A stretch of 64,000 bases of DNA from Gemmatimonadales bacterium (GTDB lineage Bacteria; Gemmatimonadota; Gemmatimonadetes; Gemmatimonadales; GWC2-71-9): assembly GCA_035280265.1 (NCBI GenBank), contig DATEGE010000194.1, positions 486 through 64,485 on the forward strand, in the 5' to 3' direction. Below, piece by piece: positions 1-9,684 of the stretch. The notes under the pieces were generated by a model. That model saw nothing but the letters and a program-made list of their open reading frames with translations, was not told the DNA's origin and did no database searches. Position 1 is the first letter of the stretch, and the number at the start of each line of letters is the position of its first letter. The position numbers and the translations under genes are program-made.

Positions 1-74
1 CGCGGTGCTGCGGCTCGCGCGCGCCGCGCTGGGATTGAAGCCGCGCGTTTAGACCGTTACGTTAGGCGCCTCCC

Positions 75-482
75 ATGGACAGCGTTCGGAGTCTCCGCTT
101 CGTCGCAGCGCTGTGCTTCCTGCTTGGCGGCTGCTTTGTGTTCAACCACCACCAGGACCCCCACCCCAACCCATCGCGCCCGGACCGCGTCCCCTCCGGT
201 GAGATCGCCCTCGACGTGACCAACCACAACTTCCTCGATGTGGTCGTGTACGTCGTGCACGACGGGCAGCAGACACGCGTCGGAACGGTCACCGGCTCGT
301 CATCGGCCACGTTCTACCTCCCGGGGCGCCTGCTCGGCCAGGGGCGGGAGATCCAGCTGCTCGGCCATCCGATCGGAGGCAGCGACCTCGCGCGGACCGA
401 GACGATCGTCGTCCAGCCGGGGCAGTACGTCGCCTGGACGATCGAGACGGACGTACGCCGCTCGAGCGTGGGAGTGTACTAA
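75..482 (+). CDS. hypothetical secreted lipoprotein
   Basis: 135-aa ORF. The N-terminus MDSVRSLRFVAALCFLLGGC reads as a signal peptide with a lipobox-like LLGGC. No family recognised. Confidence 0.5.
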   Translation: MDSVRSLRFVAALCFLLGGCFVFNHHQDPHPNPSRPDRVPSGEIALDVTNHNFLDVVVYVVHDGQQTRVGTVTGSSSATFYLPGRLLGQGREIQLLGHPIGGSDLARTETIVVQPGQYVAWTIETDVRRSSVGVY

Positions 483-494
483 AGACGCGGCCGC

Positions 495-971
495 CTACTG
501 GCTCGTCGGGAGCCCTGGAGGAGTGTAGATGTTGCCGCCACCGCCGGGCTTCAGGCCGAACGCCGCCGCGGCCGCCACGACCCCGACCACGCTCGCACCC
601 GCCAGCAGCGCGCTCCTCCCTTTCGCGAGCTGTCGCATCTCGCACGATGCGACGGAGCCAATGGGAATCCTCACCGTCTCACCGGCCCACGAGTCTTGCA
701 GCCCCTCGCGCGTCTCGACCGAGGTGACGGAGACGAGGAACGCTCCGCCGTCCGTGCTGCGATAGCGGCCGCGCACCAGGAGGACATTCGGGCCAAGGTA
801 GCGCGTGAGCGAGTCCGACCCCGCGTCCGTCAACGTCAGCGCGAGGTACGCCCCGGGTCGCGGGTCCGGCGTCGTGAGGTGCGTGTAGTTGTAGCAGGCG
901 GGCGCCGTAACACACGTCGTCAGCAGGATCGCGCCCAGCACGCGCCCCGATGCGCTAGCGTGAGCCGCCAC
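495..971 (-). CDS. hypothetical lipoprotein (paralog of 955..1425)
   Basis: 158-aa ORF with a signal/lipobox-like N-terminus (GAILLTTCVTAPAC). Shares segments with the upstream ORF (LTRYLGPNVLLVRG / LARYLGPGVNTLRG; SVTSVE in both). The GTG start overlaps the upstream stop by 17 nt. Confidence 0.55.
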   Translation of the reverse strand: MAAHASASGRVLGAILLTTCVTAPACYNYTHLTTPDPRPGAYLALTLTDAGSDSLTRYLGPNVLLVRGRYRSTDGGAFLVSVTSVETREGLQDSWAGETVRIPIGSVASCEMRQLAKGRSALLAGASVVGVVAAAAAFGLKPGGGGNIYTPPGLPTSQ

Positions 972-1425
972 CGCCGCTCCCGGACGAGTGCGAGCCCAGC
1001 GAAAATCCGCCTCTAACGAATTGCCACGTTGCCATCGAGCCTCCCACGAGCGCCGCTCCCAAGATCACGCTGCGTCCGAGCGAGAACCGGCGCTGCTGCA
1101 GCGTGACGATCACCCCCCGCGGCACCAGCACCTGCTCCCTGCTCCACGAGGTGACGCGACCGGCGCGATCTTCAACCGACGTCACGGACAACACAAAGAT
1201 CGAGCTCTCGGCCGTGACGATATCGCCCCGCAATGTGTTGACACCGGGTCCCAGATAGCGTGCGAGCGTATCCGACCCGTACGGGGTCAAGTCCGCCTCG
1301 ACGTGCGATCCAACCGGAGCCTCAACGACGCGCAGGGGCACATACACGTAGCAGCCCGAGAGCACCCCGGAGACCAGCAGCCAGGGCAGCGATCGAGGCC
1401 ACACAGGCCGAGACCAAGCTCCCAT
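955..1425 (-). CDS. hypothetical lipoprotein (paralog of 495..971)
   Basis: 156-aa ORF with signal peptide plus lipobox (LLVSGVLSGC). Same conserved segments as the downstream ORF. Confidence 0.55.
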   Translation of the reverse strand: MGAWSRPVWPRSLPWLLVSGVLSGCYVYVPLRVVEAPVGSHVEADLTPYGSDTLARYLGPGVNTLRGDIVTAESSIFVLSVTSVEDRAGRVTSWSREQVLVPRGVIVTLQQRRFSLGRSVILGAALVGGSMATWQFVRGGFSLGSHSSGSGGGGSR

Positions 1426-1510
1426 TAGACGCGGCCACGCGCGGGGAACGAACGGACCTAACGACGTCCCCCGCGCTGATCAGCCTCTCATTCCGCCCGT
1501 ACTCGCTCTG

Positions 1511-2932
1511 TCAGCACGAGTTCGGGTCATTCGGGTTTCTGAACCCCGGACTGGCCGGCGGCGGCGTCACCACGTTGCCGCCGAACTGGTTCTGGATGTT
1601 CCGGTCCGGAATGTTGGAGTTGACGTTCTGCTCCGTGGTCCCGTAGTACAGCCGACCCGGCACCTTGTTAGCGAACGTGGTGGTCGGGTATGGCGTGATC
1701 GCGGGGTAGCACGTCCGCTTGTAATCGTTCCACACCTCGATGTTCTGGTATAGCGCGATGTACTTCTCCTCCATGATGTCGTTCACCGACGTGATCGTCT
1801 TGGGTCCCAGTCCCGGAACTGAGGCGCGCACGCTGTCGAATTCCGCCTGCGCGTTGGCGGTCTGCCCCAGCCGATAATTCGCTTCGGCCAGAATCAGGGC
1901 GTTCTCGACCCACGTCACTATTGGCTGCGGAAAATCGGCTCGGTTGCGCGCTCCGGTGAGCGACGAGACGCCAGCCGGCGAAGTCGTGTTGGCCGGCGGG
2001 AGACCCTGCCCGCCGTACCCGGGACCCGGGTTCGCGGGACCGAAGTACTGCCGCAGCCGGAACGTATCGTTGCGGGCGACCATGAGGTCCGCGAGGTTCT
2101 GCCCCGCCACCACGTACTGCCCGAATCCCGAGCGAGCATAGAACTGGAACCAGAGGTTGTCCTCGCCCGGCTGCGTCGTGTGCACGGAATTGAAGTCATT
2201 CGCCGGGGACTTGATCCCCTTCGAGGCGGAGGTGACCGCATTGCTCAGGGCGGTGTTGTCGAAGCCCGTTGGCGTCTCGACGGTGTGCATGTAGAGACGC
2301 GCCTTGAGCGTATTCGCGGCAGCGATCCACTTCGCCGTGTTCCCTCGATAGACGAGATCCAGCACCCCCGGTCCGGGGCCCGCACCGCCCAGGTTGGTGA
2401 TGGCCTGGTCGAGCAGCGCCTGCAGATCGCCATACACCTGTGCCTGTGGATCGAGGCGCGGTGTGGCGGCGTTGCCGACCGCCTCGCGGTACGGAACGTC
2501 GCCGTAGATGTCCGCCGCCACGGCCATGTCCAGCACCTCCCAGATCTGTGCAATGCCGAGGTACTGCTTATCCCCCCGCGCCGTTACCGCCGCCTCGACC
2601 TGACGGACGTCCACCAGCCCCCCACCCTCGTAAATGGAGGAGAACGCCGCGCTCGGGGTGTCTTCGCTCGCGATGTTGTACTTCTCGAGCGTCGATAGGA
2701 AGTTGCTGGTGCCGGTGCACTGCTGGAGCCACATACAGCCGACCAGGGCGATGATCCCTTCCTGCTGCGCGAATTGCCCAGCCTGGACCACGATGAACAG
2801 TTGATCGGCCGTCGCCTGGCTGGGGTTGTTGGGATCCAGCCGGACGTTGTCCGACGACAGAAAGTTGTTGCACGCGCCCGTCCCCAGCACCGCCAAGGAC
2901 GCCGCGAGGCTGAACATCATCAGTCTGCGCAT
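1511..2932 (-). CDS. SusD/RagB-family nutrient-binding outer-membrane lipoprotein
   Basis: 473 aa with a lipoprotein signal (LAVLGTGAC). Helical TPR-like SusD-type sequence located immediately downstream of a SusC-type gene. GGAGG lies 9 nt upstream of the ATG. Confidence 0.8.
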   Translation of the reverse strand: MRRLMMFSLAASLAVLGTGACNNFLSSDNVRLDPNNPSQATADQLFIVVQAGQFAQQEGIIALVGCMWLQQCTGTSNFLSTLEKYNIASEDTPSAAFSSIYEGGGLVDVRQVEAAVTARGDKQYLGIAQIWEVLDMAVAADIYGDVPYREAVGNAATPRLDPQAQVYGDLQALLDQAITNLGGAGPGPGVLDLVYRGNTAKWIAAANTLKARLYMHTVETPTGFDNTALSNAVTSASKGIKSPANDFNSVHTTQPGEDNLWFQFYARSGFGQYVVAGQNLADLMVARNDTFRLRQYFGPANPGPGYGGQGLPPANTTSPAGVSSLTGARNRADFPQPIVTWVENALILAEANYRLGQTANAQAEFDSVRASVPGLGPKTITSVNDIMEEKYIALYQNIEVWNDYKRTCYPAITPYPTTTFANKVPGRLYYGTTEQNVNSNIPDRNIQNQFGGNVVTPPPASPGFRNPNDPNSC

Positions 2933-2951
2933 AGAGCCACCCTCCTTGGCG

Positions 2952-5900
2952 CTAGTGGTTTAACGTCAGCGAGAGCACGAACGAGCGCGTCTGCGGCATG
3001 TTGAAATAGTCCCTGCCGCGCGTCGCGATGACCGAGCCACCCAGGTTCGTCTCGGGGTCGTAGCCGGTGTAGTTGGTCCAGGTGTGCAGGTTGCGACCGG
3101 CGATGCGCACATCGATCGAGTTGAACCCGAACGTGCGCTGGACCCACGGCTCGTCGAACGTGTAGGCCACGCTGATCTCGCGCAGCTTCACGAAACCGGC
3201 ATCCTCCATGAACTGCTCCGGCGTGCCGCCGAACAGGCCGCCGATGTCCGTATACCAGTTCTCGCCGATCGGCACCGGCGTGCCGGCGCCGGGACCCACC
3301 ACGGGGCCGACGAGCGGAGAACCCGGTTGACCGATGACGTGCTCGTTGCCAACGCACGTCGCCCCGGAGCAATCGGCGCGTACTTCGGTGTCCTTGTGCG
3401 TCCCATAGGCGTACAACGCGGCCTTCGTCCCGTTGTCCATCTGGCCACCGTGCCGGATATCCAACAGCCCGGACACCTGCAGCTTGCGGTAGCGGAACGA
3501 GGTGCGAATGCTGCCGGTCCACCGCGGATTGGGATTACCGATCACGCGCTGGGTGTTGTCGAGCACGGGGAAGCCGGTCAAGCTGTCGATGTAGTAGGCG
3601 CCAACGGGCGCCCCACCGCACGGATGCGCCGCGTCGCGTGGCGCGTTGATGTCCAGGTCATGGCCGGCGACCACCGCGCCCATCCCCGCCGGGCTGAGAC
3701 CGCAGCGGGCGAGACCGACGTCGTAGAAGACGCCGACCTCCTGACCCGCGATGACCGCGGCCCTGGGTGAGGTGATGTTGGGGTCGAGGTAGACGAACTT
3801 GGGGCCCCCCAAGTCTTCGACGAGGCTGCGGTTACTGGCCCACTGCAACCCGATGTCCCAACCGTACGTGGCGGTCTGAATCGGTCGGATGTTGAGGGAG
3901 GCTTCGAAGCCGCGGTTACGGAACGTCGCCGAGTTCCGAGCCTCACGCTCATAGCCCGTCGACGGCGCCAGCGGCGTCAGCAGAATCACGTCGAACGTCT
4001 TCGCGACGTAGTATGTGAAGGCCAGGTCCGCCTTGTCACGGAGCAGGCCCAGGTCGAATCCCGTCTCCAGCTCCTTGGTCCGCTCGGGCCGCAGGGTGTT
4101 CGCGCCCTTCACGATGCTCGAGGCGAGGCCGCCGAAGCCCGACTGGGTGGGATTGGCCCCCATCCCCTGGGCGTACCCACCGATGGTGGTGATCCCGGAG
4201 TACACGGACGACGTGAGGTAGGGATCGGGCTCCTGACCCGCCTCGCCGTACGATGCCCGCAGCTTGCCGAACGTCAACATGGGACGCTCGCCGATGGCCT
4301 TGGTGAACTCCCACGCCACGCTGGCCTTGGGGAACCAGCTCCGCAGGTGGCTCTGGTCGAATGTCGACGACCCGTCGTTTCGTAACGCGGCGGTCAGGTG
4401 TAGCTGGTCGTGAATGTCGAGCGTCGCCTGACCGAAATACGACGCGTCGTGAATCACCGTCTCCGCGTCGATCGGCACATCGCGCGTCACCGTGTTGCTG
4501 AGCTTGTAGGGGAGCGGCGCGATCAACGTCCGCCCCACGTTGGCCAGCTGGCGAACGTTACGGCTGTTGAGGTTCTGGCCGAGCGTGAGCGTCCCGGCCA
4601 GGTCCGGGCTGAAGCTGTGCTGCAGCGTCGCGGTCAAATTGTGGTCAATCTGGTAGTTGATGAGCTTCCCTTCGGTGACCCGGCCACCCACCGTCGGTGG
4701 CGTGGACGGCTGCGGAGCACCCTCCAAGCGCTCGTCGTTCGAGTAGTCCGCCCCCAGTGTGTAGTTCACCTTGAGCCACGCCGCGGGCAGGAACTCGGCC
4801 GTGACGTTTCCGAAGACACGGCCCACCTGAGACGTGTTCTCGGGCACGTTGAGCGTGAAGAACGGGTTCGACCATCCCCGGCTCAGGTTGTCATCCCCGA
4901 TCTGCGGGTGCTGGAACCGGAAGCTTTGATGCTGCCCGTTGGCGGCGAAGTACGGCAGGTTGTTCCAGTCAGGGGGAGAGCGCAGCAGGTCGAGCAAGAG
5001 ACCGTTCGTGTTATTGCCGCGCTGGAGGTAGCGCCCCCGCACGTCCACGTAGGAGATGTTCGCGCCCAGCTTGAGGTTGTCGGTCATGCGGTGCGATCCG
5101 TTGAACCGCACAGTCGACCGCTCGTTCAGGTTGTTCGGGCCGACAAAGATCCCTCGATCGCGCAGGTACGAGCCGGAGAGGTAGAAGGTCGTCCGGTCGT
5201 TGCCACCCGACACCGTCAGATTATTATCGGCCGTATAACCGGTGGTGAAGGCTTCGTCGGCGTGGTCATACGTCGCCCCGGTGATCCTCGGACCCCAACT
5301 GGTCCGGCAGGCGAAGTTGCTCACGCCCGTCGACCGGTCGCAGCTGCCCGGAGGCGCTCCGCCCAACCCTTGTCCCCACAGGGTCTGTAACGGATAGGTG
5401 TTGTTGATGTTGTCGGCCGAGATCGAAGTACGAAGCGAGTAGTGGGTGGGGCCGGGTTTGCCGTGCTTCGTCGTGATCAGCACGACGCCCTGGCCCGCCC
5501 GTGAGCCATAAATCGCCGCGGCGGCCGCACCCGGCAGGATTTCGACCGATTCGATGTCGGCCGGGTTCAAGTCCGCGGCGCGATTCGTCTGCGTCGTCCC
5601 CTCGATCGCACCGGAGTTCAGGCCATCGGTCGGGTTGAAGTCGGTGGTGGAGAAGCTCGTGTTGTCGATCGGCTGGCCGTCGACCACGAACAGCGGCTGA
5701 GCGCTGCCGGAGTTCGGCAGACCAACGGTGCGCTGGCCGCGGATCTGGATGTACGACCCGGAGCCGGGCTCACCGCTCGAGGCGGTCACGCTGACGTTCG
5801 GCGCCTTGGCCGCCAAGGCTTCCACCGCGTTCCACTCGTTGCTGCGCTCGATCAGGTCTGCGCTTACCGCGTGTCGCACGTTGCCGAGCTTCTGGACCTC

Positions 5901-6278
5901 GGTGGCGGTGCCGGCGCCGGTCACCACGACCTCGCCCAGCTGGAGCGGATTCGCCGCGAGCGCGAAATCGCGCGTGAGGCTGCCTGGCGTGAGCGCCAGG
6001 TCGGCGCTCTGCGCTTTGAACCCCAGACGGCGCGCGACGATCGTGACGGTCTGGCCCGTAACTCGCGCGCCAGGGATCACGATCACGTAGCGGCCGTCGT
6101 CTCGACTGAGAGCCCCGAGACCCAGGGACGGGATGGTGAGCTCCACCTGCCCGAGCGGGAGCCCGGCATCGCTGGTCACGTTGCCGCTGATCGTAGCCGG
6201 CTGCTGCGCGTGCCCGCGCGCCGTCACTAGAGCCAACAGAGCTGCCGTCAGGAGTACACGTCGAACCGAAAAGATCAT
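2952..6278 (-). CDS. SusC/RagA-type TonB-dependent outer-membrane receptor
   Basis: Signal peptide MIFSVRRVLLTAALLALVTARGHAQQ, then a carboxypeptidase-regulatory-like domain (ISGNVTSDAGLPL...GRYVIVIP), a plug and a long beta-barrel. Start moved from the track's 6488 to ATG 6278, which is preceded by GGAGG. Confidence 0.85.
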   Translation of the reverse strand: MIFSVRRVLLTAALLALVTARGHAQQPATISGNVTSDAGLPLGQVELTIPSLGLGALSRDDGRYVIVIPGARVTGQTVTIVARRLGFKAQSADLALTPGSLTRDFALAANPLQLGEVVVTGAGTATEVQKLGNVRHAVSADLIERSNEWNAVEALAAKAPNVSVTASSGEPGSGSYIQIRGQRTVGLPNSGSAQPLFVVDGQPIDNTSFSTTDFNPTDGLNSGAIEGTTQTNRAADLNPADIESVEILPGAAAAAIYGSRAGQGVVLITTKHGKPGPTHYSLRTSISADNINNTYPLQTLWGQGLGGAPPGSCDRSTGVSNFACRTSWGPRITGATYDHADEAFTTGYTADNNLTVSGGNDRTTFYLSGSYLRDRGIFVGPNNLNERSTVRFNGSHRMTDNLKLGANISYVDVRGRYLQRGNNTNGLLLDLLRSPPDWNNLPYFAANGQHQSFRFQHPQIGDDNLSRGWSNPFFTLNVPENTSQVGRVFGNVTAEFLPAAWLKVNYTLGADYSNDERLEGAPQPSTPPTVGGRVTEGKLINYQIDHNLTATLQHSFSPDLAGTLTLGQNLNSRNVRQLANVGRTLIAPLPYKLSNTVTRDVPIDAETVIHDASYFGQATLDIHDQLHLTAALRNDGSSTFDQSHLRSWFPKASVAWEFTKAIGERPMLTFGKLRASYGEAGQEPDPYLTSSVYSGITTIGGYAQGMGANPTQSGFGGLASSIVKGANTLRPERTKELETGFDLGLLRDKADLAFTYYVAKTFDVILLTPLAPSTGYEREARNSATFRNRGFEASLNIRPIQTATYGWDIGLQWASNRSLVEDLGGPKFVYLDPNITSPRAAVIAGQEVGVFYDVGLARCGLSPAGMGAVVAGHDLDINAPRDAAHPCGGAPVGAYYIDSLTGFPVLDNTQRVIGNPNPRWTGSIRTSFRYRKLQVSGLLDIRHGGQMDNGTKAALYAYGTHKDTEVRADCSGATCVGNEHVIGQPGSPLVGPVVGPGAGTPVPIGENWYTDIGGLFGGTPEQFMEDAGFVKLREISVAYTFDEPWVQRTFGFNSIDVRIAGRNLHTWTNYTGYDPETNLGGSVIATRGRDYFNMPQTRSFVLSLTLNH

Positions 6279-6627
6279 GCGGCCTCCTTCTTTGACAGGT
6301 GGGTACGGCTCGCGAATGACCTCGGACGCTACTGGGCGCGGAGCGCAGGTGGCTACGGATTTGCGACGAATGGCGAACGGGCCGCGACCGGTGCGCGCGG
6401 CGGCGCGATGAGCAGGACCAAAAAAGCCAACCCGATGCTCGCGCACCGGGTTGGGTCGGTCGGTGGGAGTGGCCGTCTCACGCCGCACGCGACCGAGGAT
6501 ACGCGCCCCTGATGAATTGAGCGCGCCGACAGTCTACCGGCGCGCCCAGCGGTGGCGAAATGGCTGTGCGATGAGTCGCGAGGGCGGAGCGCCGGAACCC
6601 GCCCGCGCCACGACGAAGCCGGGGTCG

Positions 6628-7425
6628 CTAGATGGCCCGGCCGAGCCGAGCCTCGAGGTGGTCGCGGTAACCGCGCGACAACTTGAGGGTGACCCCGCTC
6701 TGCAGCACGACCACGTACTCGCCACGAAAGAAGGGCTGGAGCTCCCTGATGCGCTCCAGATTCACGATCGTCGAGCGGTGAATGCGCACGAACCGCTCCG
6801 GGTCGAGCCGCGCCTCGAGGGTCTTCATCGTCTCGCGCAACAGGTGCCACGCCTTGCCGACGTGAATCCGCACGTAGTCACCTTCCGCGTCGATCCACTC
6901 GATGTCCGCGACGCGCAATAGCGTGACCTTGCCGGCGGATTTCACGACCAGCCGCTCCAGGTAGCCGTGTCGCGCCGAGGGCTGGGGAGGGGAGTCACGG
7001 CCCGCGACACTGTCGAGCAGCGCGGCCAGATTGCGCGACAGCCCGACCAGCTGGCCCTGCCGGACCTGCTGCTTGGCGCGTTGGAGCGACTCGCGGAACC
7101 GCTCGTCGGTGAAAGGCTTGAGCAGGTAGTCGATCGCATGGACCTCGAACGCGCGCAGGGCATACTGATCGTACGCCGTGACGAACACGAACGCCGGCGG
7201 TCCGTCCACGCCCACCTCGCGCAACACACCGAAGCCGTCGAGCTCGGGCATCTGGACGTCCAGGAAGACGAGATCGGGAATGGACTCGCGGATGGCGGCG
7301 GTCGCCTGCCGTCCGTCGCTGCACTCGCCCGCCACCACGATTTCGGGGTCACCGCTCAGCAGCTGGCGGATCCCCGCGCGCGCGTTGGGCTCGTCGTCGA
7401 CGATGAGCGTGCGGATCGGCTTCAT
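6628..7425 (-). CDS. LytTR-family two-component response regulator
   Basis: Receiver domain (TLIVDDEPNAR...LVFLDVQMPELDG...LKPF) plus a C-terminal LytTR DNA-binding domain. ATG 7425 overlaps the kinase stop (ATGA). Confidence 0.85.
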   Translation of the reverse strand: MKPIRTLIVDDEPNARAGIRQLLSGDPEIVVAGECSDGRQATAAIRESIPDLVFLDVQMPELDGFGVLREVGVDGPPAFVFVTAYDQYALRAFEVHAIDYLLKPFTDERFRESLQRAKQQVRQGQLVGLSRNLAALLDSVAGRDSPPQPSARHGYLERLVVKSAGKVTLLRVADIEWIDAEGDYVRIHVGKAWHLLRETMKTLEARLDPERFVRIHRSTIVNLERIRELQPFFRGEYVVVLQSGVTLKLSRGYRDHLEARLGRAI

Positions 7426-8588
7426 TCCGAGCCCTCGCTCGCGCCCTGCCATTCCACGGCCGCCAGCTGAAACGGCAGCACCACATGCGCCGCGACACCG
7501 CCATCCTCCGCGTTTACCACCTCGAACGAGGCGCCGGAGCCGTACAGCTGGCGGAGGCGCGCGCTGGTGTTCGCGAGCCCGACGCCCGCCCCGCGGGCCT
7601 GATCGGCGGCCGCGCGCGCAGCCAGCCCCGAGCCGTCATCGCGCACGGTGAGGTGGAGATCGCCGTTGATGCGCCGGGCGCAGATGACGAGCGAGCCGCC
7701 GCTCCGACGCGGAGCGATCCCGTGGTGAATCGCGTTCTCGACCAGCGGCTGGAGGATGAGGTGCGGCACCCGCGCGTCGAGCGTGTCCGGATCCGCATCG
7801 ACCACCACCCGCAGGCGGTCGCGGAAGCGGATCTGCTCGATGTCGAGATAGCCGCGGACGAACTCGAGCTCCTGCTTCAACGGCACGTCCTGCGCCGTGC
7901 CGCTGTCGAGCACCCGCCGCAGCAGGTCGCCGAGGCCCGCTACCACTTCCACCGCGGTGGCATGCTGGCCGGTGCGGATCAGCTGACCGACGGTGTGCAG
8001 CGCATTGAAGAGGAAGTGCGGCTGCAGCTGCTTCTTAAGGGCTTGCAGCCGGGCTTCGGAGAGCTGCGCTTCGAGCTGCGAGGCGCGCAGCTCCCGCTCC
8101 CGCAGCTTGTCGTAATGCCGCACGCCGTAGTCGATCGCCAGGATCGCCCAGTAGATGAGCGCGTCCGAGGGGAACCACCAGACGAACGAGCGGAGCGCGG
8201 CGACGAGCGGCGCTGGCGCGTTCGGCATCGGGTCCATCCAGCGCTGATTCACCGTCATCACCAGCACTTCCACAAACACCACGACCATGCTGGCGAGCAC
8301 GTTCACCGCGACGCCGCGCGGCCAACGCCGCCCTTCGAACGGGGGAAAGCGGCGGCCCAGCCAGATGATCGCGCACGTGGAGGCCGCCCACACGAGCGCG
8401 CCCGGCATGTTGAGGCGGAGCGCGGTCAGAAACGGCAGTGCCTTGCCGCCCAGTCGCGAATACACCGCCACCGCCGTGGACAAGAACAAGCCCCACGCCG
8501 TCCAGACGGCGAGGATCACCCACACGGGTGGGTAGCGGGACCGCCTCCGGCGCCCGGTGAGCGCCGGAGCAGCGACTGGGAGCGTCAC
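7422..8588 (-). CDS. LytS/YehU-type sensor histidine kinase
   Basis: N-terminal TM helices, an H-box LQPHFLFNALHTV typical of His_kinase (LytS-type) sensors, and a C-terminal HATPase segment (GVGLANTSARL). Confidence 0.85.
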   Translation of the reverse strand: MTLPVAAPALTGRRRRSRYPPVWVILAVWTAWGLFLSTAVAVYSRLGGKALPFLTALRLNMPGALVWAASTCAIIWLGRRFPPFEGRRWPRGVAVNVLASMVVVFVEVLVMTVNQRWMDPMPNAPAPLVAALRSFVWWFPSDALIYWAILAIDYGVRHYDKLRERELRASQLEAQLSEARLQALKKQLQPHFLFNALHTVGQLIRTGQHATAVEVVAGLGDLLRRVLDSGTAQDVPLKQELEFVRGYLDIEQIRFRDRLRVVVDADPDTLDARVPHLILQPLVENAIHHGIAPRRSGGSLVICARRINGDLHLTVRDDGSGLAARAAADQARGAGVGLANTSARLRQLYGSGASFEVVNAEDGGVAAHVVLPFQLAAVEWQGASEGSE

Positions 8589-8703
8589 AGCTGAATAATA
8601 CGACGGCCCCCAAACGCGCGGCCATCGATTCGCTTCGCTGCGACGAAACGCGACTGTGCTGCGGCGAACTGCGCATGCCGCGCGACGAGTCGCGCCGCGC
8701 GGC

Positions 8704-9102
8704 CTAGGCCATCGGCTGGCGTCGGGCGTCGAGGCTCAAGGGGCCCGAGCCGAAGTAGCTGATCAACAGCGCGGCGCCGAACATCGACACGTTCTTCAGG
8801 AACATCGCCATCTGTATGCCGCGCATCATCGGGTCCGAGACTGCCCAGAAGTTGTGCATCGCCAACGTGACCGGCACCAGGAACAGCACGATCAGCCACG
8901 CGCCGAACTTGGCCTTATAGCCCAGCGCGATGCTGAGGCCTCCGGCTGTCGCGATGATACCGGACAGCGGAACGAGGACGCCCGCCGCCGGCACTCCTTG
9001 CTGAGCGGCGGAACCAATGTACCCCGCGGTGAAATGGCCGTAGATCGTCGTGAGGAAGATCAGGGAGTAGCACACCCGGCCTACGAGGACGACGTAACGC
9101 AT
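8704..9102 (-). CDS. DoxX-family membrane protein
   Basis: Small four-TM protein with DoxX-like sequence (GHFTAG...LAMHNFW). ATG 9102 is preferred over the track's GTG 9111 because AAAGGTGG lies 6 nt upstream. Confidence 0.7.
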   Translation of the reverse strand: MRYVVLVGRVCYSLIFLTTIYGHFTAGYIGSAAQQGVPAAGVLVPLSGIIATAGGLSIALGYKAKFGAWLIVLFLVPVTLAMHNFWAVSDPMMRGIQMAMFLKNVSMFGAALLISYFGSGPLSLDARRQPMA

Positions 9103-9133
9103 GGGACCCACCTTTCGATCGAGTGAGAACCGG

Positions 9134-9589
9134 TCACGCGGTCAGGGCACTAAGCGCACTCCTCAAGCTTGCAGCGTCCTGCGCCTTGAGCGCGCTCACG
9201 ATGGCACGCTGCGCGTCGGCGAGCGCCCGCATCCCCTTGGCGTGGGCCTGCTCGCCCGCGGGCGTGAGCTCCGCCAGCACGCTGCGACGGTCCGCAGGAT
9301 CCGCGCGCCGGCGCACCAGGCCGTCTTTCTCCAGGCGGTCGACCAGCTGCGTGATGTTGGAGCGCACACAATGCTGGATCTTGGCCAGCTCGGAGAGCGG
9401 CAACGGCTCGGTCGCCTCGGCCAGGAGATGCATGACGCCGAGCTTCGCGACCGACAAGCCCAGAGGGCTCACCGCCGCCTCGAGCTTCGCCTCCACCGCC
9501 TCGGCGGTCTCGAGCAGCGAAAATACGAGAGCGCCGGCCATGGCCGGGCGCTCGGCGGCGTGACGGGGAGGGGGAGAGCGTTTCTTCAC
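9134..9589 (-). CDS. MarR-family transcriptional regulator
   Basis: Winged-HTH MarR pattern (LSVAKLGVMHLLAE...SELAK...SNITQLVDRLEKDGLVRRRADPADRRSVLAELTPAG). Probably forms an operon with the DoxX gene. Confidence 0.85.
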   Translation of the reverse strand: MKKRSPPPRHAAERPAMAGALVFSLLETAEAVEAKLEAAVSPLGLSVAKLGVMHLLAEATEPLPLSELAKIQHCVRSNITQLVDRLEKDGLVRRRADPADRRSVLAELTPAGEQAHAKGMRALADAQRAIVSALKAQDAASLRSALSALTA

Positions 9590-9637
9590 GTCTGTACTAA
9601 TACCTCGCAGGGCGACGACCGGCTAGCGTCTGACGAC

Positions 9638-9678
9638 CTCCATTGGCCGGCGCCGATGGCCCGCGCCGGCCAATGGAG
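9638..9678 (-). terminator. hairpin downstream of the OMP gene
   Basis: Perfect 16-bp inverted repeat CTCCATTGGCCGGCGC / GCGCCGGCCAATGGAG with a 9-nt loop, beginning 7 nt after the stop codon at 9685..9687. No U-tract. Confidence 0.5.
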
Positions 9679-9684
9679 TCGGAC

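Noticed and set aside
1-52. Possible 3' end of a plus-strand gene entering the window (frame 2 is open to TAG at 50-52).
   Set aside because: Only 16 sense codons are visible, so there is nothing to support a call.
6352-6389. Motif-like GTCGCAAATCCGTAG, plus a second GCGAC 21 nt away, upstream of SusC.
   Set aside because: The two boxes are 3 nt closer together than in the five good sites and the distal copy is very weak. I cannot distinguish this from chance without a genome-wide scan.
6279-6488. N-terminal extensions in the ORF track: SusC to 6488, AKR to 27532, TPR to 14171, TolC to 18891, MFP to 20021, HD to 46904, PPK2 to 46894, creatininase to 52364, OMP to 10404.
   Set aside because: In each case an internal start is followed directly by a signal peptide or the conserved domain N-terminus. 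That start is usually preceded by GGAGG. The extensions are low-complexity or overlap the neighbouring gene.
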